From: a virus
Lineage: Duplodnaviria; Caudoviricetes
DNA: 64,000 nucleotides
Virus record (IMG/VR): IMGVR_UViG_3300025358_000002
Span: 32,001-96,000 of that record
Reading direction: 5' to 3' (one strand)
The notes under the pieces were generated by a model. The model was not told where the DNA came from and made no database searches. It saw only the letters and a program-made list of their open reading frames with translations. The position numbers and the translations under genes were made by a program. Of the stretch, positions 46,132 to 55,682 are shown in pieces (position 1 is the stretch's first letter; each line of letters starts with the position of its first letter).

Positions 46132-49100
46132 ATGGAAAAGTTAGTTCACCTTCACGTTCACACGGAGCACAGCTTCCTTGATGGATTGCAAACAGTAGAC
46201 CAGCTCGTAGAGCGAGTAGTTTCCCTTGACCAAGAAGCCGTAGCCATCACCGACCATGGTGAGTGCAGCGGTCACCTTCGTCTTCAGCATGCAGCAGATG
46301 CAGCTGGAATCAAGCCCATCTTTGGTATGGAGGGTTACTTCACTGAAGATCGGTTCGACAAGACCGGTAAGAAGGGTGAGAACTACGACCACATGACCAT
46401 CGTGGCGATGAACGCCAAGGGGCTTGAGAACCTCTGGTCATTGTCTAGCATGGCATACATTGAGGGTAGCTACTACGGCAACCCACGCTTTGACTGGGAA
46501 CTCCTGGAACGTTACAACGAGGGACTGATCGTCACTGGTGGTTGCATGGGTGGCTGCATTGGTAAGCACCTCAAGGATGACGGCATCTACCAGCGTGCTG
46601 TTGAACGCATTGGACGCTACCAAGCTATCTTCGGTGATCGTTTTCACCTGGAGCTGCACACCTACCTTGACCCTGAGAGCAACGAGTGGAACTTGCGAGT
46701 GGCCGAAGCAGCCATTGACTATAGTGTTCCATTGATTGCTGTCAGTGACGCACACTACGCAGCACCTGACCAGTGGTTCGCACACGAACTCATGACCGCT
46801 GTTCAGATGGGCAAGACCATCGACGACCCTACACGATTCAGCTACGGACCTAACCAGCTGTGCATCTTCTCAGAGGAAGAGACTCGTAGTCGTCTAAGTT
46901 ATTTGCCTGAGTCTATCGTTGACCAGGCAATTAGTCGTACCAATGAGATCGCACAGATGTGTGACGCTCGTGTACCTGGCGCACGCAAGATGCCAGTGTT
47001 CTACAACACTCCTGAGATGGACGAGCGTAAGCTTCGTGAGTCTGTCGAGGAAGGGTTCAAGCGCAAGATCGAAGGCCACGTGTCAGAGGAAATGCTTCCT
47101 GTGTATCGTGAGCGTGTCGAATATGAAATGGATGTCATCATCAAGCGCGGTTTCCCTGGATACTTTTTAACAGTACAAGACATTATCAATTGGAGTAAAA
47201 ATGAAAACTTTTTGGTTGGTCCTAGCCGCGGTTCAGTCGGCGGAAGCCTCCTTGCTTACGTTATGGACATCACTGAAGTCGATCCAATCCCCTCAGGCCT
47301 TATTTTTGAGCGGTTTCTTAATCCTGAGCGCGTCTCTATGCCTGATATTGACATTGATATGCCCAAGCTAGAGCGGGGCATGGTTCGTGATTACCTGGAG
47401 CGTAAGTATGGTCGCAACAACATTGCTTCCATCGGTACGCTGAATACACTGGGTGCACGACAGGCTATCCGTGACCTGTGCCGTGGCATGGGTATCAGCA
47501 AGGACGATGCAGCAGCAATGTCTGACATCATCGATGACGACTGGAACATCAAGAACCGTGGTGCTGACTGGGCTACCGTATACAAGCAGTACCGCTCAGA
47601 GTACGCACCGTGGGTTACCAAGTACCCACAGCTGTTCGAGACACTGCCTGAGGTGGTCAACCACATTCGTCATGCCAGCGCACATGCTGCAGGCATTGTG
47701 ATCAGCAAGGAACCACTGGTTGGTTCCATGCCACTACGCTACAGCCCAACCAACGATGACATCCGTACGCAGTTTGACATGGGTGACATCGACGAGCTGG
47801 GATTTGTAAAGATTGACTTGCTTGGTCTACGTACGTTGAGTACGCTGATGGCTACGCTTGACCTTATCAAGGAGAACAACGATGGCGCCCTACCTTTCGA
47901 TCATTTCTACGAATGGAACAACAACTGGTCCAAGTATTACGACGACAAAGATGTCTGGGACTCCATCGGCACCGGTCACAATATTGGATGCTTCCAGATC
48001 GAGACAGGTTCCCTTAGAAACCTGGTTAAGCGATTCCTCCCCCGCAACATCGAAGACCTCTGCACAATGATTGCCATCTACCGTCCGGGTATTACTCGAG
48101 CGGTGGACGCAGAGACTGGCCTGAATCTTCTGGAGATGTACATGCAGAAGCGAGAGGGCAAGCGCAAAGTAAAGTACAAGCACCCTAAGCTCGAGAAGAT
48201 CCTCGGTGTATCGTACGGTAGCTTTGTGTACCAGGAGCAGATCATGGAGACGTGTGTCGAGCTGGCTGGGTACACCATTGTAGAGACTGACCGTGTTCGC
48301 AAGGCAGTGGCCAAGTCTAACTACGAAGACATGGTGGAAGAAGCTGAGATCTTTGTGCGCAAGTGTGTGGACAACGGCATCAGCACCGAGGTTGCTAAAT
48401 CCATCTTCGATGACATGCGTGCCTTTGGTATGTATGGATTCAACAAGAGCCACGGATATGGTTATTCTATGTTAACCTATTGGACTGCATGGATTAAGCA
48501 CCACTACCCACGTGAGTACATGACCGCCCTGTTCCGCACGAACCCCAAGGACAGCGTTGTCTACACACGTGAAGCTCGTCGCATGGGCATTGAGGTGTTG
48601 GGACCAGACATCAACGAGAGCGGTGGTAACTTCACCCTCACCAGTTCTGGCAGTATCCGATATGGCTTGAACAGTGTCAAGTACATCTCTGGGTCTGCTC
48701 AAGAACTGCAGAAGCTTGGACCTTTCTCTAGCATGGAAGACTTCGTAGCACGTGTTCCTTCCAAGAAGGTAAACAAGCGAGCAGTAATTGCCATGATTAA
48801 GTGTGGTGTGTTTGATAGCATATGTGGAGACGCCAGGACAGCTATGAGGCAGTACCTGGAAGCCCGTAAGGAGAAGAATCTTGATAGCGTTTGCCGTAAT
48901 GATTGTCTACATTGCTTGGGTCATCTTAGCGTGTTTGATTGCATCGTGGATGTACAAGAGAATGTCATGGCACGTGGCCAGAACGAACACGAACTACTGG
49001 GAACTATGGTTAGTGTTGATCCTCTTGCTGATTATCTTGCATTGATTGAAGAAGAGCACAACTTCCCGGGAGAGAAGAAGATGTTCCAAGGAGAGAAGGC

Positions 49101-49407
49101 TATGATTGGTGGCATGATCTCGCAGGTTAAAGAGCTGGTCACCAAGAAGGGAAAGAACCCTGGAGCAGAGATGTGCCAGGTGTGGATCGAGCTACCCATT
49201 GACAGTGTTGAAGACGAGTTGTCTATCGATGACGAGGAAGCCACCAAGGATGACAACGTACAGGTCGTAGCATTCCCTGATACCTACAAACGTATCAAGG
49301 GTGACATCCAGGTAGGCACTCCAGTCCTGGTGCAGGTAGAAAAGCTCCGCGATGGGCTGAGTCTCAAGAGCATCTTCCGTCTTGACAAGTTGAAAGAAGC
49401 CTGCTAG
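46132..49407 (+). CDS. dnaE: DNA polymerase III alpha subunit
   Basis: HLHVHTEHSFLDG, AITDHG (PHP), GPSRGSVGGSL, FERFLNPERVSMPDIDID, KIDLLGL, YQEQIM, FNKSH. Confidence 0.97.
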   Translation: MEKLVHLHVHTEHSFLDGLQTVDQLVERVVSLDQEAVAITDHGECSGHLRLQHAADAAGIKPIFGMEGYFTEDRFDKTGKKGENYDHMTIVAMNAKGLENLWSLSSMAYIEGSYYGNPRFDWELLERYNEGLIVTGGCMGGCIGKHLKDDGIYQRAVERIGRYQAIFGDRFHLELHTYLDPESNEWNLRVAEAAIDYSVPLIAVSDAHYAAPDQWFAHELMTAVQMGKTIDDPTRFSYGPNQLCIFSEEETRSRLSYLPESIVDQAISRTNEIAQMCDARVPGARKMPVFYNTPEMDERKLRESVEEGFKRKIEGHVSEEMLPVYRERVEYEMDVIIKRGFPGYFLTVQDIINWSKNENFLVGPSRGSVGGSLLAYVMDITEVDPIPSGLIFERFLNPERVSMPDIDIDMPKLERGMVRDYLERKYGRNNIASIGTLNTLGARQAIRDLCRGMGISKDDAAAMSDIIDDDWNIKNRGADWATVYKQYRSEYAPWVTKYPQLFETLPEVVNHIRHASAHAAGIVISKEPLVGSMPLRYSPTNDDIRTQFDMGDIDELGFVKIDLLGLRTLSTLMATLDLIKENNDGALPFDHFYEWNNNWSKYYDDKDVWDSIGTGHNIGCFQIETGSLRNLVKRFLPRNIEDLCTMIAIYRPGITRAVDAETGLNLLEMYMQKREGKRKVKYKHPKLEKILGVSYGSFVYQEQIMETCVELAGYTIVETDRVRKAVAKSNYEDMVEEAEIFVRKCVDNGISTEVAKSIFDDMRAFGMYGFNKSHGYGYSMLTYWTAWIKHHYPREYMTALFRTNPKDSVVYTREARRMGIEVLGPDINESGGNFTLTSSGSIRYGLNSVKYISGSAQELQKLGPFSSMEDFVARVPSKKVNKRAVIAMIKCGVFDSICGDARTAMRQYLEARKEKNLDSVCRNDCLHCLGHLSVFDCIVDVQENVMARGQNEHELLGTMVSVDPLADYLALIEEEHNFPGEKKMFQGEKAMIGGMISQVKELVTKKGKNPGAEMCQVWIELPIDSVEDELSIDDEEATKDDNVQVVAFPDTYKRIKGDIQVGTPVLVQVEKLRDGLSLKSIFRLDKLKEAC

Positions 49408-49410
49408 TGT
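49382..49410 (+). promoter_or_regulatory. Sigma-70/SigA-type promoter embedded in the last codons of dnaE
   Basis: TTGACA-17 nt-(TGc)TAGTGT. Confidence 0.55.
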
Positions 49411-49435
49411 TGGCCTCAGTAGGAAAGGAGTACGA

Positions 49436-49573
49436 ATGTCTCGTACAGTGAGCATGAAGAAGTGGGAATGCCCTAAGTGCAAGAACGAGGTGGAAGCAAT
49501 TGCTAGTGCAGTTGCGCACCGATGCCCCAGCAACAAGAACGCTTTTACGGCGTACGAATTAAAGGAGAAATAA
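49436..49573 (+). CDS. Small Zn-ribbon protein, 45 aa (not in track)
   Basis: RBS GAAAGGAG; WECPKC...HRCP. Confidence 0.65.
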   Translation: MSRTVSMKKWECPKCKNEVEAIASAVAHRCPSNKNAFTAYELKEK

Positions 49574-49893
49574 TGTCAGAGTATGAATACCAACAGCTCG
49601 AGAACAGCAAGATCAGTCTGTCTGTTCACAAGGCAGAGAACTGCATGGGTGATGTGTGCACCATCCACAAGCGCACTGACCACAGCATGAGACGGTTCCC
49701 CCAGATGTGGAGAGCAGATCGCAAGATCATGGAGCGCACATGTCCTCATGGCGTAGGTCACCCAGATCCAGACGAGTACAAAATCATCGAAGGCATCGAT
49801 GACGGTGAACATGCATGTGACGGTTGCTGCATTCAATTCTCGGATGAGGAGCCTGACTACGAAACACTACGCAAGCAGGCTGAAGGTGAGTAA
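49573..49893 (+). CDS. Cys/His-rich hypothetical protein
   Basis: H...C....C.IH...ERTCPHGVGHPDPD...HACDGCC; RBS AAGGAG. Confidence 0.65.
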   Translation: MSEYEYQQLENSKISLSVHKAENCMGDVCTIHKRTDHSMRRFPQMWRADRKIMERTCPHGVGHPDPDEYKIIEGIDDGEHACDGCCIQFSDEEPDYETLRKQAEGE

Positions 49894-50124
49894 TCCCTGT
49901 GACCACCTCGTTGGATACGATCACAAGGGTAGACCTGTGATGGCCAATGCCCAAGACAAAAGTATTATCTGGGATCATTTCTTTTACTGTCCACTATGCG
50001 GAGATAAAATCGATGGAAATTGTCGTTGACGTTACATTGAAAACTTACAATGCGATAGCTAAGATAGCTGAATCAAACGGATTGAATGTAGAGCAATGGT
50101 TGCAATACCATTTAGAGGAGGAAT

Positions 50125-51237
50125 ATGGCTACTAAAGATGCCATCGATAAACTGATTGCTGATCTCAACAAGTTTACACCCGAGGGATCCAGCAAACCAC
50201 TGGTGCTTCGTGGCAACGACATCGAAAGAGTCAATGCCATCCCTTGCTTCACGCCTGCCTTGGCATACCTGCTGGGCATTGGTGGTTGGCCTGAGGGTAA
50301 GCTCATCGAGTTCTTCGGTAAGGAGCACTCTGGTAAGACTTCATTCGCCATCATGGCACTGAAGGACTGCTACGACTACTACAAGGGCGAGAAGATGGTA
50401 GCCATCATCGACCTTGAGCACCGCTTCAACCCTGACTGGGCAGAGAAGCTTGGCCTGAAGATCGACGAGAACCTCATCGTTGTACAGCCACCAGACGCAG
50501 AGACCGGCACTGACATGATGGTTGCTCTCATCAAGAGTAAGCAGATCGGTGCCATTGTCTGGGACTCCGTTGGTGCAGCAGCTACCAAGCACAGCATGCA
50601 ACAGCTTACAGACAAGAACGACAAGATGGGTGGCAACGCTGCAGTGATGAAGCGTAACGTTCAGACCGTTGCTCCATTGGCTAACCTATATGGTGTTACT
50701 TGCTTCTACTTGAACCAGCTCCGTGCTGACATGGATGGTTACAACCGTCCTATGACCCCAGGCGGCCACGCAGTGAAGCATGCTATGAGCGTACGCATCT
50801 ACCTACGCCCAGGAAGTGACAAGTACTTTGACAAGATCAATGGCGAGAACACTCAGGTGGGTAATCCTATCGTTGTTAAGACAGTAAAGAATTCCTACGG
50901 CCCTCCCTTCCGCGAGGGTTGGACTGACTTCTACAGCCAGCCATGTGCCTACCTGGACCACCCAGGTATTGACACCCGTAGAGACCTTGCACGTATGGGT
51001 ATTCTTTTGGGAGTAGCTAACCGTGCAGGAGCTTGGTTCACCTGGCGTGACATCAAGGCACAAGGCCGTGACGCTTTCTTCGAGCAGATCTGGAACAGCG
51101 GAATGGCAGACGAGTTCGAAGCAGAGATTATTTCTGCCATCAAGAAGGGCTCAGGCATTACAGAGGTTGAAGGCGATGAGTTCTTTGGCCGACCATTAAC
51201 AGCAGACACAGATGATCTGCACGACCCTGAGGTTTAG
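50125..51237 (+). CDS. recA: RecA recombinase
   Basis: GIGGWPEGKLIEFFGKEHSGKT, IDLEH, WDSV, NQLR, TPGGHAVKH, AGAWF. Confidence 0.93.
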   Translation: MATKDAIDKLIADLNKFTPEGSSKPLVLRGNDIERVNAIPCFTPALAYLLGIGGWPEGKLIEFFGKEHSGKTSFAIMALKDCYDYYKGEKMVAIIDLEHRFNPDWAEKLGLKIDENLIVVQPPDAETGTDMMVALIKSKQIGAIVWDSVGAAATKHSMQQLTDKNDKMGGNAAVMKRNVQTVAPLANLYGVTCFYLNQLRADMDGYNRPMTPGGHAVKHAMSVRIYLRPGSDKYFDKINGENTQVGNPIVVKTVKNSYGPPFREGWTDFYSQPCAYLDHPGIDTRRDLARMGILLGVANRAGAWFTWRDIKAQGRDAFFEQIWNSGMADEFEAEIISAIKKGSGITEVEGDEFFGRPLTADTDDLHDPEV

Positions 51238-51239
51238 TT

Positions 51240-51398
51240 ATGCAATATGATCAAAGTTCAATCAACCTATTGGTGCGCATTGTTGTTGAATCAATGCAAG
51301 AAGTCGGCGTTACTGAGGAACAGATTGAAAAAATGAATGAGATTGTGCCAAGAAAATTTGAAGAAGCAACTCTTATTATGAAAGCAGGTATGTTGTAA
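51240..51398 (+). CDS. Small hypothetical protein, 52 aa (not in track)
   Basis: Fills the gap after recA; stop coupled to the next start. Confidence 0.5.
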   Translation: MQYDQSSINLLVRIVVESMQEVGVTEEQIEKMNEIVPRKFEEATLIMKAGML

Positions 51399-51589
51399 TG
51401 AATGTTGGAGACTCAGTAGTATCAGTATCTTCAGTTGGCACTATTGTTGGTGTAGCTAAGTCTGGTAACCCAGTCATTGAATGGTCTGGAACTTACTCAG
51501 AATTTGAAGAGGTGGCACCAGAAGATCTTATTGTCGTTGAGCTTCCTAAGCCAACCGAAGAGCTTGACCCATCAAAGGATGCAGAATGA
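51398..51589 (+). CDS. Small SH3/KOW-like hypothetical protein
   Basis: MNVGDSV...GTIVG...IEW. Confidence 0.5.
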   Translation: MNVGDSVVSVSSVGTIVGVAKSGNPVIEWSGTYSEFEEVAPEDLIVVELPKPTEELDPSKDAE

Positions 51590-51917
51590 CTGACCACGAG
51601 GAAGAATACGAAGGCGTAACTCTCTACGTTGACGCTGAAGGCTGGCCAGACAACCTAGCCGGTCTCGTCATCAAAGAGCAGAGAGCCTACATGGAAAACG
51701 GAAAGGTTAAGATCATCGGTGACCCAATCTGGAAGCTGGGATCTGATGAGTGACTACACACCAAAAACTTCTACGTGTAAGAACTGCCTTAAAAAGTTTG
51801 GCAACACGAGGGAAATTCTTCAGGGTGCTGACGGAACATGGGTACACAAGTTCAACGATGGAATGCACTACCCAGAAAAGTGTAACCTCTGGGAGAACTG
51901 GAAAGCAGAACCAATAG

Positions 51918-52226
51918 ATGAGTGAATTTGACAAGGTAATTGCTGAGATCACAGCACTACACAACAAGAAGCAGTCAGACTATGGTAGACCAGAAGAGGG
52001 TGACCCCTTCGCTAACGTACGTGCCAGCGAAGACTTCGGTATCCCTGGTTGGCTTGGTGCTGTCATTCGTGCCAACGACAAAGTACGACGCATTCAGAAG
52101 TTTGCACGTGGTGGCACCATGGTTAACGAGTCTGTAGAGGATTCACTCATGGATGCTGCAGTTTATTTTATCATAGCATTATGTCTGTTTAGGGAGAATG
52201 ATGGTAGAACAACTCCAACTATTTGA
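51918..52226 (+). CDS. DUF1599/nucleotide-modification-associated domain 1-like protein
   Basis: KKQSDYG...PFAN...IRANDKVRRI...ESVEDSLMDAAVYFII. Confidence 0.7.
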   Translation: MSEFDKVIAEITALHNKKQSDYGRPEEGDPFANVRASEDFGIPGWLGAVIRANDKVRRIQKFARGGTMVNESVEDSLMDAAVYFIIALCLFRENDGRTTPTI

Positions 52227-52449
52227 CCCAACTGATTACGTTGGTGTTGATGGCAACCACTACATTGAGATTGATCTTGATGACACAACTGTAAAGTGGT
52301 ACCAGGAAGAAGCAGCTCGTCGTGGCATCACGTTCGATGAGCTCGTGAACATGGCAATAAAGAACGCTCTCGATTTGACTTGTCCCACCTGCAGGGGGTA
52401 TCGTAGGTACGGAGGCGAGTGTCCTCACTGTGGAGAGTTAGATCATTAA
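52198..52449 (+). CDS. Ribbon-helix-helix-like/Zn-finger small protein
   Basis: IEIDLDD...AARRGITFDELVN.AI, plus CxxC...CxxC. Confidence 0.45.
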   Translation: MMVEQLQLFDPTDYVGVDGNHYIEIDLDDTTVKWYQEEAARRGITFDELVNMAIKNALDLTCPTCRGYRRYGGECPHCGELDH

Positions 52450-52877
52450 TGCAAACGTTCCTTCCTTACGAGAACTTTAAAAAGAGTGCCCAAGTATTAG
52501 ACCGTCAGCGTCTTGGCAAGCAGCGTGTAGAAACCTTGCAGGTCATGCATGCAATCACTGACCCTTCGTACGGCTGGCAGAACCACCCAGCTGTAAAGAT
52601 GTGGCGTGGTCACGAAATGTACTTGTTCATGTACCAAGAGGACATCTGCAACGAGTGGACCTCACGTGGCTACAAGGACACGTGTCTTCAGAAGACGTAC
52701 GACCTTGTCACCAGCCAGCTATACATTGGTACCGCCAGGCCGTCATGGCTTGGTCTCGAGGATATCCACCGCAGTCACCGTAGCAATTTGACGCGCAAGC
52801 TCCCAGAGCACTACAATCAGTACTGGGATATCGCTGACGATCTTCCATACGTATGGCCAACGGAGGAACTGGTATGA
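52449..52877 (+). CDS. Pyrimidine-dimer DNA glycosylase-like (MSMEG_6728 family)
   Basis: MQTFLPY...LDRQRLGKQRVETLQ...HPAVKMWRG...HRSHRSNL..K...Y.WP. Confidence 0.85.
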   Translation: MQTFLPYENFKKSAQVLDRQRLGKQRVETLQVMHAITDPSYGWQNHPAVKMWRGHEMYLFMYQEDICNEWTSRGYKDTCLQKTYDLVTSQLYIGTARPSWLGLEDIHRSHRSNLTRKLPEHYNQYWDIADDLPYVWPTEELV

Positions 52878-53251
52878 AACTTTGCTATGACTGCAAGCAA
52901 CCAATAGAGCACGATGACAACATGAACTATTTTCATTTGCCACCGATGCTGAGGGAGTGCGATATTACATACCCACTCCCCATTGAGGAGATCCTTGCTG
53001 GTGGTGTTGAGCTGGATGCAGAAGAAGCACGTGCGTTTGAGAACAACTTGAACTTCAGTGCTGAGCGCATTGATGAACTGCAACATCAAAAGTTTATACA
53101 GTTCCGTTCAGAAGAACTGCTGCTCGAAAAGATCTACGAGCGTCTGTGCAGTATTAAGTTAAAAGATGGTAGCTGGAACGAATGTCTAGATGCTCTGTGG
53201 GACATCATAGAAGAGCACAACGAAAACAACCAGTGGAGATTGCGTAAGTGA
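52874..53251 (+). CDS. Hypothetical protein
   Basis: RBS GGAGG; N-terminal CxxC. Confidence 0.5.
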   Translation: MKLCYDCKQPIEHDDNMNYFHLPPMLRECDITYPLPIEEILAGGVELDAEEARAFENNLNFSAERIDELQHQKFIQFRSEELLLEKIYERLCSIKLKDGSWNECLDALWDIIEEHNENNQWRLRK

Positions 53252-53426
53252 ACAGTCCATATAACATCTGGGCTATAAAGTATGATGGCAAACGTATGCA
53301 TGTAGAGTATGCTACACGGTTGCCACGTAAGTTAAAAAAACTTGCAAAGACTGTATTTGAAGCAACAGGAGATCGGCATGGAGAGATCGTTCTCGTTAGT
53401 CCAGGGTTTGGAGAGTTAACAGAAAA

Positions 53427-53849
53427 ATGGGTAAGTTCCAGCAAAGATTTAGCCAGCGTCAAGAGCGAGAGCTCGAAGAGCAGTGGCCTCTTGCCAAGCG
53501 AACAGTAGGCTCCGGCAACAAGTGGGAGAAGGGTGACCTCTCCACACAAGAGCAGCACATGATCGAGTTCGTCATCGAAGCGAAGTCTACGCAGGCTGCA
53601 TCGTTTAGCATCACCAAGAAGATCTGGGATACTATCAAGGGACACGCTCAGGACCGCAGCTGGTTAGCTAGACCCATTCTGGCCATACGTTTATATGGTG
53701 CTACCGAACAGGAAACTTCTTGGGGCGGTACTATCTCTCACACCCCTGAAACCTTGCCAGTAGAATTAGACCTCATCTGTATGGACAAGGACGACTTCCT
53801 TGAGCTATACTATGAATACATCCGTTTAAAGGAAAAAGAAAATGAGTAG
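53427..53849 (+). CDS. PD-(D/E)XK nuclease, Holliday-junction-resolvase-like
   Basis: SQRQE...RTVGSG...KGD...IEAKST. Confidence 0.7.
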   Translation: MGKFQQRFSQRQERELEEQWPLAKRTVGSGNKWEKGDLSTQEQHMIEFVIEAKSTQAASFSITKKIWDTIKGHAQDRSWLARPILAIRLYGATEQETSWGGTISHTPETLPVELDLICMDKDDFLELYYEYIRLKEKENE

Positions 53850-54600
53850 CTTTCTAGAACGTACGCTGGCTGCGTACCAGAACGACGAGCCTATCACCAA
53901 GTACATTGAGGAAGCTCTCATGCTTGGTGACGTGTTTCCTGAGGAGTATCCTGTCAAGGTGTACAACAAGGAACGAAAATTTGATAACATGTATCACCCT
54001 TCTTCAGACGTAACGGCAGGGGAATTGCGCCTTTATTATAAATTCCACCCTGAAGAAAGGCTGCTATGTTTAGAAGAAAGAATAAGTCCTACCCTCGCTA
54101 TGACGTTCCAGGTTGGATCGGTATTTCATTCGGTTATACAGAATTTGCTGATTCACATGGGCTTCACAACTCTGGAAAAGGTCGAAGTGAAGTTCGTAAA
54201 CGAGGATCGGATGATTGCTGGGGCCGTAGATGTGCTGGAGCTTGTAACGCCTGATGGCGAGAAGTTTCTCGTAGACATCAAGAGCACCAACCAACTTCCC
54301 AAAGAAGCTAGTGAGCAGTATGCCATGCAGCTCAGGGCGTATCAGGACAACTGCCCTGGTGCCCCTGACCGCATGGCTTTGCTATTTATTCAGAAGGCTT
54401 ACCCTCACAAGATCAAGACGATCGAAGTACATAAGGACCAAGATGCATTGGACAAACTCTACGACAAGTGGTCACGTGTTCGAGTGGCCATCAGAAACTC
54501 CGATCCAACTGGACTACAGTCCTGCTGCAACGGTCCTACAGATGAAGCTTTTCTTAGCTGCCCTGCAAGGAAAGTATGTTACCTTTGGAAGGATAAATAA
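53842..54600 (+). CDS. Cas4/RecB-like PD-(D/E)XK exonuclease
   Basis: HPSS, GSVFH..IQ, E, GAVD, VDIKS, QLRAY, C-terminal CC...CPARKVC. Confidence 0.8.
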   Translation: MSSFLERTLAAYQNDEPITKYIEEALMLGDVFPEEYPVKVYNKERKFDNMYHPSSDVTAGELRLYYKFHPEERLLCLEERISPTLAMTFQVGSVFHSVIQNLLIHMGFTTLEKVEVKFVNEDRMIAGAVDVLELVTPDGEKFLVDIKSTNQLPKEASEQYAMQLRAYQDNCPGAPDRMALLFIQKAYPHKIKTIEVHKDQDALDKLYDKWSRVRVAIRNSDPTGLQSCCNGPTDEAFLSCPARKVCYLWKDK

Positions 54601-54806
54601 TGGGGAAGAAGTTGAACAGAGCGACAAAGAACCTCAGGGTTCTGATGATCGAGGCGATGCAGAAGAGCTACAATAGAGGCAGTGATTACGATCACGGCTA
54701 CGCTCAGGGTATGTTTGAAGCCATGCGCATCATGGACGACGAACGTATGGGGCGTGGCAAGAGGTGGCGTTTCCCTGCATTCCTACAAAGAGAGTTAGAA
54801 CAATGA
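54600..54806 (+). CDS. Hypothetical protein
   Basis: 68 aa, coupled start. Confidence 0.5.
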   Translation: MGKKLNRATKNLRVLMIEAMQKSYNRGSDYDHGYAQGMFEAMRIMDDERMGRGKRWRFPAFLQRELEQ

Positions 54807-55045
54807 AGGGTTGCGCATGGCCACCAGTATTGCTGATGGTTTCTATCCTCTCAGTTCTTACCGTAATTAATGCTGAGTACCCTTGGGAACTGACGTTTGT
54901 ATTTGTTCCTATCATTTGTCTGATTGCATTCTATAAATGGCTGGATGACCACAACCTCTAGCTTGAAAGGATGGTTTTAAATGTTAGTTGCAATTCTATC
55001 GACGTTGCTTTTTATTGTGTCGATTTCTAATCTTAGGCGGGGTCG

Positions 55046-55288
55046 ATGACCTCCACCGAACGCCAAGTTTTACGAGAAAAGCACAGTGAGGACGAAAAGA
55101 ATCAATGTTCTTACTGCCTGTATGAAAAGTCTCCCTGCGACGCAATCAAGGTACTGGATGCGCTCGATGAGGCAGACCGGCGAGCAGTGGCAAACTACGA
55201 ACGTGGATACGATGACGGTTATAAGGGGTCTGTTGCCGACGCCGAATGGGATCACTGGGCTGATGGAGTGGACGATGACCAACCCTAA
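55046..55288 (+). CDS. Small Cys-containing protein, paralogue of 43974..44126
   Basis: RQVLREKH...CSYC...PCDAIKVLDA. Confidence 0.55.
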   Translation: MTSTERQVLREKHSEDEKNQCSYCLYEKSPCDAIKVLDALDEADRRAVANYERGYDDGYKGSVADAEWDHWADGVDDDQP

Positions 55289-55622
55289 CAAGGCCAAGGG
55301 TAGCAAGTGGGAGCTTGACGTTGCTAGGTACTTCAATGAGCGTGGTTTCCCAGAAGTAGAACGTCGTTACGGCGCAGGAGCTACCTTGGACAAGGGTGAC
55401 ATCAATGGTGTCAAGGATACTGTCGTAGAGGCTAAGAACTGGAAGAAGATCGAGCTGTCCACTATCATGGATGAGGCCCTGGTCGAACAGAAGAATGCTA
55501 AGAAGAAGTTCGGCATCAGTGTCATCAAACGACGCAATCGCAACGTTAAAGATGCCTACGTGGTTATGACGCTTGAGCAGTGGATCGATCTGTATAATTC
55601 CTATGTCCAGAATAATTCGTAG
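55275..55622 (+). CDS. Holliday junction resolvase (Hjc-like PD-(D/E)XK)
   Basis: NPNKAKGSKWELDVARY...DKGDI...VEAKN...EQ..NA...AYVVMTLEQW; ATG 55275. Confidence 0.8.
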   Translation: MTNPNKAKGSKWELDVARYFNERGFPEVERRYGAGATLDKGDINGVKDTVVEAKNWKKIELSTIMDEALVEQKNAKKKFGISVIKRRNRNVKDAYVVMTLEQWIDLYNSYVQNNS

Positions 55623-55682
55623 TAAACCATGCATTCTCTATTAAACCTATAGAAATTATCATATTTAAGGAACAGAAAAGAA

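Noticed and set aside
50037-50065. Possible recA promoter TTGAAA-17-TAAGAT (and TTGACT-18-TATCGT at 52375)
   Set aside because: Both lie inside small ORFs and could be chance matches; too weak to list as features
42697-51237. Inteins in DnaB, DnaE or RecA
   Set aside because: Lengths are ordinary and conserved motifs are contiguous
53842-54600. CRISPR-Cas locus suggested by the Cas4-like gene
   Set aside because: No repeat-spacer array or other cas genes seen; solo Cas4-like nucleases are common in phages
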